DNA of 47,097 nucleotides from Promethearchaeota archaeon (GTDB lineage: Archaea > Asgardarchaeota > Lokiarchaeia > Sigyniarchaeales > SOKP01). Below the pieces are notes generated by a model. That model was not told the origin of the DNA, ran no database searches, and saw nothing but the letters and a program-made list of their open reading frames with translations. Both the position numbers and the translations under genes were made by a program. Below are positions 38,939 through 47,097 of the stretch, piece by piece; positions within the stretch are counted from its first letter, which is position 1; the number at the start of each line of letters is the position of its first letter. The DNA lies in contig JBHLME010000010.1 in the NCBI GenBank assembly GCA_048938445.1, positions 1-47,097 on the forward strand. The letters are read 5' to 3'.

Positions 38939-39881
38939 CATGGTAAATAAAAAACAAGTTCTTTTCTCATTTTTATTACCTATTATTTTGGGTTTTATCG
39001 TTCCATTTCTTCTTGTATGGTTAATAGAAAGGCGATCATTTTTAATACTTTGGAATCAAAATTTATTTTTTTTAATTTTTGGATTTGTCATATTAGGATT
39101 TGGGCTTGCTCTTTTTATAGAATGTAATTGGTTATTCTACTCTATTGGTAGGGGCACCCTTGTACCAATTACCAAAATCGAAACTAGATCGATGGTAATA
39201 AAAGGTCCTTATAGATATGTTAGAAATCCAATGATAATTAGTGTTATGATAATGTTACTGGCTGAATCACTCTTATTTAATTCAATTAGCATTTTAATAT
39301 ACACGGGTATTTTTTTTATCGTGAATGTCATCTATATGCCATTATCCGAAGAAAAAGGATTAATAGTCCGATTTGGAGATGAATTTCTTCATTATAAAAA
39401 AAATGTGAGAGCCTGGATTCCTAAACTTCATTCATATTCTCCTTCTGTATATGACCTTGAAAATCCACTGATTAAAGAAAAAAAAGTAAACAATCCAGAT
39501 GTCAATGCACAAATCATTGCAGAAAGACTTGCTTATAGTATTGAACGTGGTCGGCAATATAAGAGAGCAGGGCTATATATAGTGCGAAAAGTTATGGATT
39601 CGGGGTTAGTAAAATGCGTCGAAATTCAAATCTTTGGAATAGTCACTATTCAAGGAATTAAAAAATGTTCTATCAAAGCAAGATCCATATCGAAAGATAG
39701 TCAAACTGATCAAAATAATATAGATAAAGGCGTGAGTCAATGTAAAATTGAAATAGGAACTTTAAAAATAATTGTAAAAATAAAGCGACTGAAATTTAAA
39801 CGCAAGATAAAATATAAAATAACAGAAACGTTGGATTTTTTAGACGAGGAATCGGGAGAAAAAAGTATTAATGATGAATAA
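38931..39881 (+). CDS. ICMT/PEMT-family membrane methyltransferase fused to a ribosomal protein uS3 C-terminal-like domain
   Basis: GPYRYVRNPM and EEKGL..RFGDEF..YKKNV.AWIP (ICMT/PEMT); then LENPLI...VNNPDVNAQIIAERLAYSIERG (uS3-like). Confidence 0.8.
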   Translation: MNNMVNKKQVLFSFLLPIILGFIVPFLLVWLIERRSFLILWNQNLFFLIFGFVILGFGLALFIECNWLFYSIGRGTLVPITKIETRSMVIKGPYRYVRNPMIISVMIMLLAESLLFNSISILIYTGIFFIVNVIYMPLSEEKGLIVRFGDEFLHYKKNVRAWIPKLHSYSPSVYDLENPLIKEKKVNNPDVNAQIIAERLAYSIERGRQYKRAGLYIVRKVMDSGLVKCVEIQIFGIVTIQGIKKCSIKARSISKDSQTDQNNIDKGVSQCKIEIGTLKIIVKIKRLKFKRKIKYKITETLDFLDEESGEKSINDE

Positions 39882-40044
39882 TTAATATTAGAAATAACTT
39901 TTACCAAAATGTCAATAGATGACGAATTTCGAAGTGAGACCTATTTAAATGATTTCGATTTTCAATAATCAAGTTTTTATTTTTAGAAATTTTTTCATAT
40001 CTATCAAAATATTACAAAATCACATATATAAAAAGTAATATAAT

Positions 40045-41235
40045 ATGCCATTTGAAGAACTCAGTAAAAAATTAGCTCAACTCATGAAGGATACCGAAGA
40101 AATTGAGCTAAAAGATGTAGATCTTGTTGCAGAATATCTTGAGTTTGAAATGTTGCCACAAATGATCGCCACGGCAGCTCAAGCTATTGGTCTTCCTGCT
40201 CCTGGAAAAGCCCAATGGACTCCTTCGAAATTAAAGCTTGCTGTTGATTTTCCAGGAGAAATTGAAACTATCCAGTTCATCCGCTCAAAAGGAAAAACGG
40301 TTACCATCGGTGGTGAAAAAGTTCCCCCATTTTATAATTTCCTCGGGCTTGATAAAAGAAATCCTAATCCTCCAGCAGTTACGTACGATGTTTTTGATAC
40401 TATTGATTTCTCACCACCTAAACCTATCAAGCAACAATATGGTGAAGTGTTAGCAAGCCCCCCAGAATGGGCTAAGTTTGCAGTTGACAAATTTAGCGCG
40501 GATTTAATAACATTTCATTCTCTTAGCATAGATCCCGCGATGGGAGATGCTCCTGTTTCTAAATCTGTAAAACTTTTAGAAGATATTCTTCAAACTGTAG
40601 ATGTTCCCGTAATTATTGGTTGTTCTGGTAATAAAAAAAAGGATAAAGAACTATTTGAAAAAACAGCTCCTGCTACCGAGAGCGAAGTCTTAATGTTATC
40701 AGCAGCCGATAAAGCCACATGGGAAGATGTCATCCCCTTAGCAGTAAAATATGACCATAACTGCTTGCTCTGGACTTCTTTAGATCTTAACAATCAGATT
40801 AAGATGAATAAGGACGCAATTGAATTGGGACTTCCACGAAATAGAATCGTGATGGATCCAACTTGCGCCACTCTTGGTTATGGAATGGAATATTCTTTCT
40901 CTATTTACCAACGAATGCGAATAGCAGGTTTATTAGGTGAAAAAGATCTTGCTTACCCAATTAGCGGTGGTACAACAAATGCATGGGGTGCTCGTGAAGC
41001 ATGGATGTCTGAAAAAATCGCACCAGAATGGGGTTTGAGAGAATATAGAGGGCCAATGTGGGAAATAATAAATGCCTTAACCTTAACTCTTGTTGGATTG
41101 GATCTCGCAATGATGTTCCATCCTGTAGCTGCAAAACACGTCAAGGACATTACAGCTCAATTCTTTAAAGAAGTACCAAAAGAATTGGATGAAAAAGGAT
41201 ACTATGATTGGGCTTCAGCCAATCTAAAGCGGTAA
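40045..41235 (+). CDS. cdhD: Acetyl-CoA decarbonylase/synthase delta subunit (CFeSP small subunit)
   Basis: IGGEKVPPF, PPEWAK, VDVPVIIGCSG...KD, MDPT..LGYGMEY, NAWGAREAW, MMFHP. Confidence 0.92.
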   Translation: MPFEELSKKLAQLMKDTEEIELKDVDLVAEYLEFEMLPQMIATAAQAIGLPAPGKAQWTPSKLKLAVDFPGEIETIQFIRSKGKTVTIGGEKVPPFYNFLGLDKRNPNPPAVTYDVFDTIDFSPPKPIKQQYGEVLASPPEWAKFAVDKFSADLITFHSLSIDPAMGDAPVSKSVKLLEDILQTVDVPVIIGCSGNKKKDKELFEKTAPATESEVLMLSAADKATWEDVIPLAVKYDHNCLLWTSLDLNNQIKMNKDAIELGLPRNRIVMDPTCATLGYGMEYSFSIYQRMRIAGLLGEKDLAYPISGGTTNAWGAREAWMSEKIAPEWGLREYRGPMWEIINALTLTLVGLDLAMMFHPVAAKHVKDITAQFFKEVPKELDEKGYYDWASANLKR

Positions 41236-41336
41236 TTTTTTTTTTTATTTATTATCAAATTATAGAAATCTATTTTGTTCAATTTACTTTAACATTTTTA
41301 TATTATTTCAAAAATCCTATAATATATTTATTTTTA

Positions 41337-42005
41337 TTAAGAAGGAATTAGATCACAAAAATAAAATCGATTGTCTCGCAAAACAATATCGCCAATTGAA
41401 AATGCTATGCTTTTTTTAAATATAGGACCTTCAAATACGAATGAATGGAATTCTCCATTTTCACCACAGGGATCAACATCAGGAGGTAGCTCCCTTAAAA
41501 ATTCCCTGTCATAGAATCTTCCGCAAAAATTTTTATCTAGAACTGATGAGTCAACACATGTGATGACTGCTTTAAAACCTAATTGAATAAATGTAATTGC
41601 AATTTCAAGAGTATCTTTTTTCCAAATTGGGAAGAAGGCTTTCATCCCAATTAAGGATAAATTATTTTCTCGATACATCCTTAGATCCTCTAAGAAAATA
41701 TCTCCAAAAGCAACAAATTTAACTCCTTTATTGTAATATTCCATCAATAATTCTTTCATTTTTGCATCATATTCCTCATTTGAAGCATTTTTTGAAATAA
41801 AGACTTTTTCAAGAGGAATTCCTAAGGATTTCGCTTGTTTTTCAAGCAAAATGGTTCGTACACCATGCATGCTAATTCTATCGTAGTCTTTAGTAATTGT
41901 AGTTAATAAAGCAGATATTTGATAATTAGAACTCTTTAGTAATTTATGTAGTGCCATAGCACTATCTTTTCCCCCGCTCCACGTAAAGAGGATCTTTTCT
42001 TTCAT
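41337..42005 (-). CDS. PP-loop ATP pyrophosphatase (diphthamide synthase/DUF71 family)
   Basis: WSGGKDS, FGDIFL, DPCGENGEFHSFV; ATG at 42005. Confidence 0.88.
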   Translation of the reverse strand: MKEKILFTWSGGKDSAMALHKLLKSSNYQISALLTTITKDYDRISMHGVRTILLEKQAKSLGIPLEKVFISKNASNEEYDAKMKELLMEYYNKGVKFVAFGDIFLEDLRMYRENNLSLIGMKAFFPIWKKDTLEIAITFIQLGFKAVITCVDSSVLDKNFCGRFYDREFLRELPPDVDPCGENGEFHSFVFEGPIFKKSIAFSIGDIVLRDNRFYFCDLIPS

Positions 42006-42065
42006 TAGGTTATTCAAAGTTATTAAACTTTAAAAATACTTAAATTTATTTCTTCCCCCCAAATT

Positions 42066-42263
42066 TTAAAAATTATTATCATCAATAAAGTCGTCATCTA
42101 TATCAGTGAACTGCGAAAATTCTTTATTATTATGGAAATAGCAACACCCTTGATTGATATCAAAATCAACAATAACTTCTCCTTCTAGTCTATTTCTTAA
42201 AATTCTAATTTTTTTCAAATTCAATAAATCCACCTCTGCTGTAATTTTATTTACTTGATGCAA
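42066..42263 (-). CDS. Small hypothetical protein
   Basis: 65-aa ORF filling an intergenic gap with plausible composition; start uncertain. Confidence 0.4.
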   Translation of the reverse strand: MHQVNKITAEVDLLNLKKIRILRNRLEGEVIVDFDINQGCCYFHNNKEFSQFTDIDDDFIDDNNF

Positions 42264-42578
42264 TAATTTAAAATTCTATTAAGTACAAATTGGAATAAAA
42301 TATTAGAATATATTGATTATTATCTAAAGAGCTTATCTTAAGTTTTTTTATAATTTATTTGAAATAACTCGATTTTTTTTATATATAACTATTATCCCGA
42401 GAAATTAGTTTTATACAATTTTGATCATTTTCTTTTGGAAATTGAATATTTTTTATCATCTTGATCTCTATTTCACTGGTATTAAAAGAATTATAAACGC
42501 TTAAATAGATTCACGTCATAATATAATATAACTGAATCTTACTTTTAGTTTACAAACTCAAGTTCAATGAAGCAATAA

Positions 42579-43718
42579 ATGGCAAATAACGATCCACAAG
42601 ACTTATATTTAAACTTTGATGAAATTGAATACGATGACGGAAAAACAAAGGATGCCATCGTGATTATAGGATTAGATGGTCATAGCGTCTATTACTCAAA
42701 CCAACTCTCAAAGATGTTAAGAGGAAAAAAACTTCACCTTGAAGATGGACTTTTCAATGAGATTCATCCTGACGATAAGGATTATATAAAACAAATTTTC
42801 AATGATGCAATTTCAAATAAATCAGTAGAAAATTTTTCAGAAATAGAATTTCGAATGCTTGATAAGGATGGATCTCCTATTTGGTTATCTGCTTTACCTT
42901 CAAATTATTATGGTGAAGATGGTAATTTGATTGGATTCATTACTTCAATCAGGGACATTACTAAAAGAAAAGAAAGGGAGATTGAACTTGAAAATATACT
43001 AGATCAATATTCTAAATCTCTTGAAAAAACTAAATTCTATAAAGAATTAATCATCCACGAAGTAAATAATATATTTAGCGTAATACAAATGTCTTCAGAA
43101 ATTTTGAGAGATAATATAAATAGAAAAGATAAAATTGTTAAAAATCCAATTGATCTCATTCAACAATCAGTCAAGAGAGGATCCACTTTAATTAATAATG
43201 TTCAAAAATTATCAAATCTTGAAAATGAATCTGAAATCATATTGAAAAATGTAGAGATTATAAAAATACTTGATAATACCATTCATTATATTCAGCAAAG
43301 TTATCCTGATAGAGAAATTCAAATTGATATTGATGCGATGAGAAAGGACTATTATGTCAAGGCAAATGAATTAATTATAGACATCTTCTATAATTTACTC
43401 CAAAATGCTGTAAAATACAATAAAAATTCTATTGTAAAAATTATTGTTAAAATATCCAAGCTTCAAATAGATGATTCCCCTTATATTAAGATGCAATTTC
43501 TTGATAACGGAGTTGGATTATCAGATCTTCAAAAAAATCTCATTTTCTTATCAGTTCCTAAACATTATCAAGAAACTAAGGGTATGGGATTAGGATTGTC
43601 CTTAGTGAAAAGAATTATTGAACTCTTTGGTGGACGAATATGGGTTGAAAACAGAAATAAAAATAATCCTTCAAAGGGTAGTAATTTCGTCCTTTTATTA
43701 AAAGAATCTTTTATTTAA
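42579..43718 (+). CDS. Soluble single-PAS sensor histidine kinase
   Basis: IHPDD PAS, H box IHEVNN, NAVKY, DNGVG, GMGLGL. Confidence 0.9.
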   Translation: MANNDPQDLYLNFDEIEYDDGKTKDAIVIIGLDGHSVYYSNQLSKMLRGKKLHLEDGLFNEIHPDDKDYIKQIFNDAISNKSVENFSEIEFRMLDKDGSPIWLSALPSNYYGEDGNLIGFITSIRDITKRKEREIELENILDQYSKSLEKTKFYKELIIHEVNNIFSVIQMSSEILRDNINRKDKIVKNPIDLIQQSVKRGSTLINNVQKLSNLENESEIILKNVEIIKILDNTIHYIQQSYPDREIQIDIDAMRKDYYVKANELIIDIFYNLLQNAVKYNKNSIVKIIVKISKLQIDDSPYIKMQFLDNGVGLSDLQKNLIFLSVPKHYQETKGMGLGLSLVKRIIELFGGRIWVENRNKNNPSKGSNFVLLLKESFI

Positions 43719-43732
43719 CTGTAATAACGAAT

Positions 43733-43933
43733 TCATGAAGAAAAATAACGGATCAAAAATTTATAATGTTCTATTTGAGATGTAATAAAATTATAAGCTT
43801 TTGGGCTGCTTACTCTTCCAAATTCTGACAAATGGGCTTCCAAAATATTAATGGCTTCTTTTAACCTTTCGATTCGATTGTCTCTAAATTCATCTGAAGA
43901 CCATCTTTCAATAAGTTCTTCGATATCTCTCAT
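43733..43933 (-). CDS. Small helical hypothetical protein
   Basis: 66-aa ATG ORF, charged helical-hairpin composition, no overlap with other genes. Confidence 0.55.
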   Translation of the reverse strand: MRDIEELIERWSSDEFRDNRIERLKEAINILEAHLSEFGRVSSPKAYNFITSQIEHYKFLIRYFSS

Positions 43934-44164
43934 GATAGATTATAGAATCCCATAAAAAGTCCTTAAATTGCTAATAAAAGTAAGTTTTTAAATATTTGTT
44001 GATTTAATTGGTTTTTCTAGGTGATAGAACATACATAATATAAATATTTGATTCATATCATCTTTTTCTCGAAATAAAAAAATTTATTGTATAAAATTAA
44101 GATTATTCGTTTATCATAAGAAATTAATAAATGTTCTAATAAACAGGTAAAGTGTAAATAAATA

Positions 44165-44347
44165 ATGGGTGGACTTGGTAAAAAACTAAAGAAAGGTTTA
44201 GCGAAAGCAGCTGGCGGAATAGTAGAGGATCTCACTGAAAATGAAGCAGCTGGGAAAGCCGTTAAAAAAACCGTTAAATCAGGTAGCGTAAAAAAAGGTG
44301 TAAAGAAAGGAATTGAAGAGACTACAGAAGAAATTTTGGATGATTAA
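44165..44347 (+). CDS. 60-aa Lys/Gly/Ala-rich amphipathic protein with acidic tail
   Basis: ATG ORF in its own intergenic space, AGGT SD-like upstream, GC-richer than flanks. Confidence 0.65.
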   Translation: MGGLGKKLKKGLAKAAGGIVEDLTENEAAGKAVKKTVKSGSVKKGVKKGIEETTEEILDD

Positions 44348-44426
44348 ATTATATTTTAAAAATCTTTAAATTACGTCTTGGTGATGGTTTCAAGCTTTTT
44401 TATTAATTTTAGAATAATAGAAATTT

Positions 44427-45554
44427 TTAATTAATTATCTTATTTCTCAAATCAGATATAATTAATTCCGCTTCAGTCATTATTTCTTCGATTAATTCTT
44501 CGACAGTAGGTACTGAATGAATTCTACCCGTCACCACGCCACCGAGTACAATGGACTCATCTTCTTTCTTGTTAATATCCATCAAATTTCGTAAACCCTC
44601 CATTTCAAGATCCATGATCCTAGTATTTGTTGGACAAGGAATTCCTCTATATAAATCAGGAGCATCTCGAATTGTTTCATCAACCACTTTCAAAGACATG
44701 GGATTTCTTAGAAATCTCATGGGTCCAAACATCCCCCTTGCGACAATCGTTTCCGTTTCCGCCCGTTCTACGATAGCTTCTTTCCATTTCTGTTCAAAAT
44801 CTGCTTCTTTGGTTGCAATAAAACGAGTTCCCATCTGAATGCCTACAGCCCCTAAAGCTAATGCGGCTGCTAAGGAAGCCCCATCAGCGAAACCACCTGC
44901 TCCAACAACAGGAACATTTACTGACTTCACGGTTTCAGGCAAGAGAACCATCGAAGATACATCTCGCCAAGCACAATGAGCACCCCCTTCCCTTCCTGAT
45001 GCAATTATTATATCTACTCCTGCCTTCTCCGCTCTTCTTGCCCCCCTCACACTAGGACACACGTGGCACCATATAATATCCGGTAGCTTCTCTTTAATAG
45101 GAATTAAAGGTTTACGAGCTCCCTTAGATTTTGCATCAATTGCCCAAGGGAGTGGATCTCCCGCGGAAGTCACAATGACTTTCAAATGTTCCTTAATTTC
45201 TTGTTTTTCAGTTATACATTCGATAACACCTTGGACGAATCGCTTTGCAGGAAAAGTAAAATCTGATGAAACAGGAATATTGATTCCAAACTTTGCTTCT
45301 GGTGAATTTTTCAGATTATTATTGACTTTTTCAATGACTTTTTTTAAAATGATTTTCGGTTTGCCCTTTCCAAACACATTCTCCGCTTCTTTGGGAGTTA
45401 CTAAACCTGCTGCCATTCCAACAGTTGAAATAAGTCCTAAAGCTCCAGCTCTTGCTGCAGCAATACAAAGATTGTTGGTAGAATAAGGCCCCATTCCCGC
45501 TTGAATGATGGGATACTTGGTACCGATTATATCTTGAAATTTTGTATATATCAT
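44427..45554 (-). CDS. Nitronate monooxygenase / FabK-like FMN-dependent enoyl reductase
   Basis: YPIIQAGM, GREGGAH, VVGAGG..DG, GIQMGTRF. Confidence 0.88.
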   Translation of the reverse strand: MIYTKFQDIIGTKYPIIQAGMGPYSTNNLCIAAARAGALGLISTVGMAAGLVTPKEAENVFGKGKPKIILKKVIEKVNNNLKNSPEAKFGINIPVSSDFTFPAKRFVQGVIECITEKQEIKEHLKVIVTSAGDPLPWAIDAKSKGARKPLIPIKEKLPDIIWCHVCPSVRGARRAEKAGVDIIIASGREGGAHCAWRDVSSMVLLPETVKSVNVPVVGAGGFADGASLAAALALGAVGIQMGTRFIATKEADFEQKWKEAIVERAETETIVARGMFGPMRFLRNPMSLKVVDETIRDAPDLYRGIPCPTNTRIMDLEMEGLRNLMDINKKEDESIVLGGVVTGRIHSVPTVEELIEEIMTEAELIISDLRNKIIN

Positions 45555-45660
45555 TTTTAGTCGACATAGGATAAAATTATGCTTATTATTATATATAATA
45601 AGAAATATGAGAAATTAATTTAATCAAACCAAAGAATAATAGATAAATAAAAATTAATCC

Positions 45661-46953
45661 TTATAGCATTTCTAAAAAAGCTTCTATTCTGGTATTGAGT
45701 TGTTCATTATCTTCAGAGGAATAATCCGTGGTTAAAGAGAGGGTTGGAACTCCTGCTTTCTTCAATTCTCTTTCTAAACTAATAGCTTCAATATCATATG
45801 GTTGGCAAAAGTTTAAGGTGTAAAGTATCACACCATCTACATTGTAATCCTTTACAAGTTGTAAGACATCCTCTTTTCGTCCCTCATTTGGGGTAAAACA
45901 TGCACAATTAATTCCTAAATATCTATTGGCAATAATCCCGAGTAATTCATCCATAGTATCTTCTTTAATCTCTCCATATTCCGATTGAAAATAGCGAGTT
46001 CCCGTGCAAGTTTCTTCAGCGACTATCGCAGCATTTTTGGTCTCAACCAAGTGATGGATTTTCCAATTTGGAATTGCCATAGGAGTACCACTGATGAGGA
46101 TCCTTTTTGCTCCTTTTTCAATTGCACCTACTCCATCTTTAACTCTTTGTTCCACCTCATCTGCGAGTTTACCCACCATTTCTATTTCTCTATCAGGATC
46201 ATCATAAAATGCAACTTGAGACATTAATAAAGCATCCTTTCCAGAAAGGGGTACTGGATCCGCTTTTCTAGCTTCATAAACACGTCTCATTTGAGATCTT
46301 TTCTTGGAAATCTTTACCATGGCTGCTTTTAATTTATCTATAGTTAATTTATTCCCTGTCACTTCTTCAAGTTTCCTAATTAAAGCTTTAATTTCTTCTA
46401 CAAAGTGAACACGAGCTTGTGGACGATCCTTGTATTGAGGAGTTTCCATTACATAAAATGGTTTATACTTATTTAAAACTTCCCAGCATTTTTTCTTTCC
46501 ATCGCACGTAGTTTCTCCTATTATTACATCACACATTGCAAAATAAGGACAAATATTGCCAACACCAAATCCTAATCCTGATTTAATTAAAGCACAGATG
46601 TTTGTAGGTAATAGATCTTCAGATGCATAGTTCGAAAAATTCGTCCCACCACATAATCCAACTCCAATTGCATCAAGAGCAAAAATTATTTCATCTGGGA
46701 CATAGAGGCAAAAAGTACCTACTACCTTTTTACCTTCTTCCTTTGCGGTTTTGAGTTCATTTATTCTAATACCATGGATATCTCCTACTACGAAATCCCA
46801 AAAACCCATTGCCTCAGGACGATTTTTTTGACAATCTATATAAATTTCCTTAAACACATCTGGTAAGACCGCTAATAGTTGATCATGCTTTTCAATATCA
46901 ATTCCCAATTCTTTCCACATAGGATACCAATTTGGTTTTTCCGCTTGCGTCAT
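45661..46953 (-). CDS. 2-hydroxyacyl-CoA dehydratase superfamily protein, double-cubane cluster (DCCP)-type
   Basis: FCLYVP, GLCGG, NICALIKS, ETTCDGKKK, EETCTG, INCACFTPN, FCQPY. Confidence 0.8.
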   Translation of the reverse strand: MTQAEKPNWYPMWKELGIDIEKHDQLLAVLPDVFKEIYIDCQKNRPEAMGFWDFVVGDIHGIRINELKTAKEEGKKVVGTFCLYVPDEIIFALDAIGVGLCGGTNFSNYASEDLLPTNICALIKSGLGFGVGNICPYFAMCDVIIGETTCDGKKKCWEVLNKYKPFYVMETPQYKDRPQARVHFVEEIKALIRKLEEVTGNKLTIDKLKAAMVKISKKRSQMRRVYEARKADPVPLSGKDALLMSQVAFYDDPDREIEMVGKLADEVEQRVKDGVGAIEKGAKRILISGTPMAIPNWKIHHLVETKNAAIVAEETCTGTRYFQSEYGEIKEDTMDELLGIIANRYLGINCACFTPNEGRKEDVLQLVKDYNVDGVILYTLNFCQPYDIEAISLERELKKAGVPTLSLTTDYSSEDNEQLNTRIEAFLEML

Positions 46954-47097
46954 ATTATTTACCTATTTTTTTATATATAACATTTTAAGGTTAAAAAATA
47001 TAGATTAATTATTAAGTTTATTGAATTCAATTATCGAATTAATCGATAGATAAAGTAGATAAAGTATTCTTAAATTAAACTATAATGCTATTTAACC

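Noticed and set aside
39450-39785. Calling this the genuine rps3 gene
   Set aside because: Lacks the KH domain and key conserved residues, is fused in frame to a membrane enzyme, and has no ribosomal operon context
1282-46227. Numerous 60-150 aa ORFs nested in or antisense to long genes (e.g. 13797-14162, 26208-26621, 27584-28045, 30174-30560)
   Set aside because: Shadow frames of well-supported genes with no recognisable motifs
1-47097. CRISPR array, rRNA, selenocysteine or pyrrolysine readthrough
   Set aside because: No regularly spaced repeats, no long GC-rich RNA gene, and no gene that appears interrupted by an in-frame TGA/TAG

Overview
AT-rich archaeal chromosomal segment, most consistent with an Asgard archaeon of the Lokiarchaeia/Promethearchaeota. 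The assignment is inferred from gelsolin-, longin- and Arf-like proteins, a Loki-CTERM-type sorting tail, many soluble PAS histidine kinases and CdhD. Most of the window is housekeeping or metabolic: metF, core-MetE, hsp20-cdc48-HTH regulator, argG, dapA/dapB/dapF/lysA, abfD, leuCD, cdhD, and a double-cubane reductase. The standout is a co-oriented five-gene cluster of eukaryote-like proteins (647-8958). It contains a gelsolin+helical-repeat protein, its paralog carrying tandem cytoplasmic Ig-like domains, two paralogous longin-TPR-longin proteins, and between those two a uDENN/longin-Arf-like GTPase fusion. The GTPase longin and one flanking longin carry an (A/I)RGG loop that matches by eye the arginine-finger loop of FLCN/SMCR8, while the other flanking paralog has lost it. 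This suggests an archaeal counterpart of the heterodimeric longin GAP complexes, encoded beside its Arf-like substrate and an actin-regulator-like protein. Other notable items: an ICMT/PEMT-family membrane methyltransferase fused to a divergent ribosomal protein uS3 C-terminal domain, a tRNA-Pro(TGG) with a non-canonical D-arm intron, a polyferredoxin that apparently needs an ATT/ATC start, a candidate hairpin + C/D-box ncRNA, and two clean operator palindromes. All calls are by motif recognition; no searches were run.
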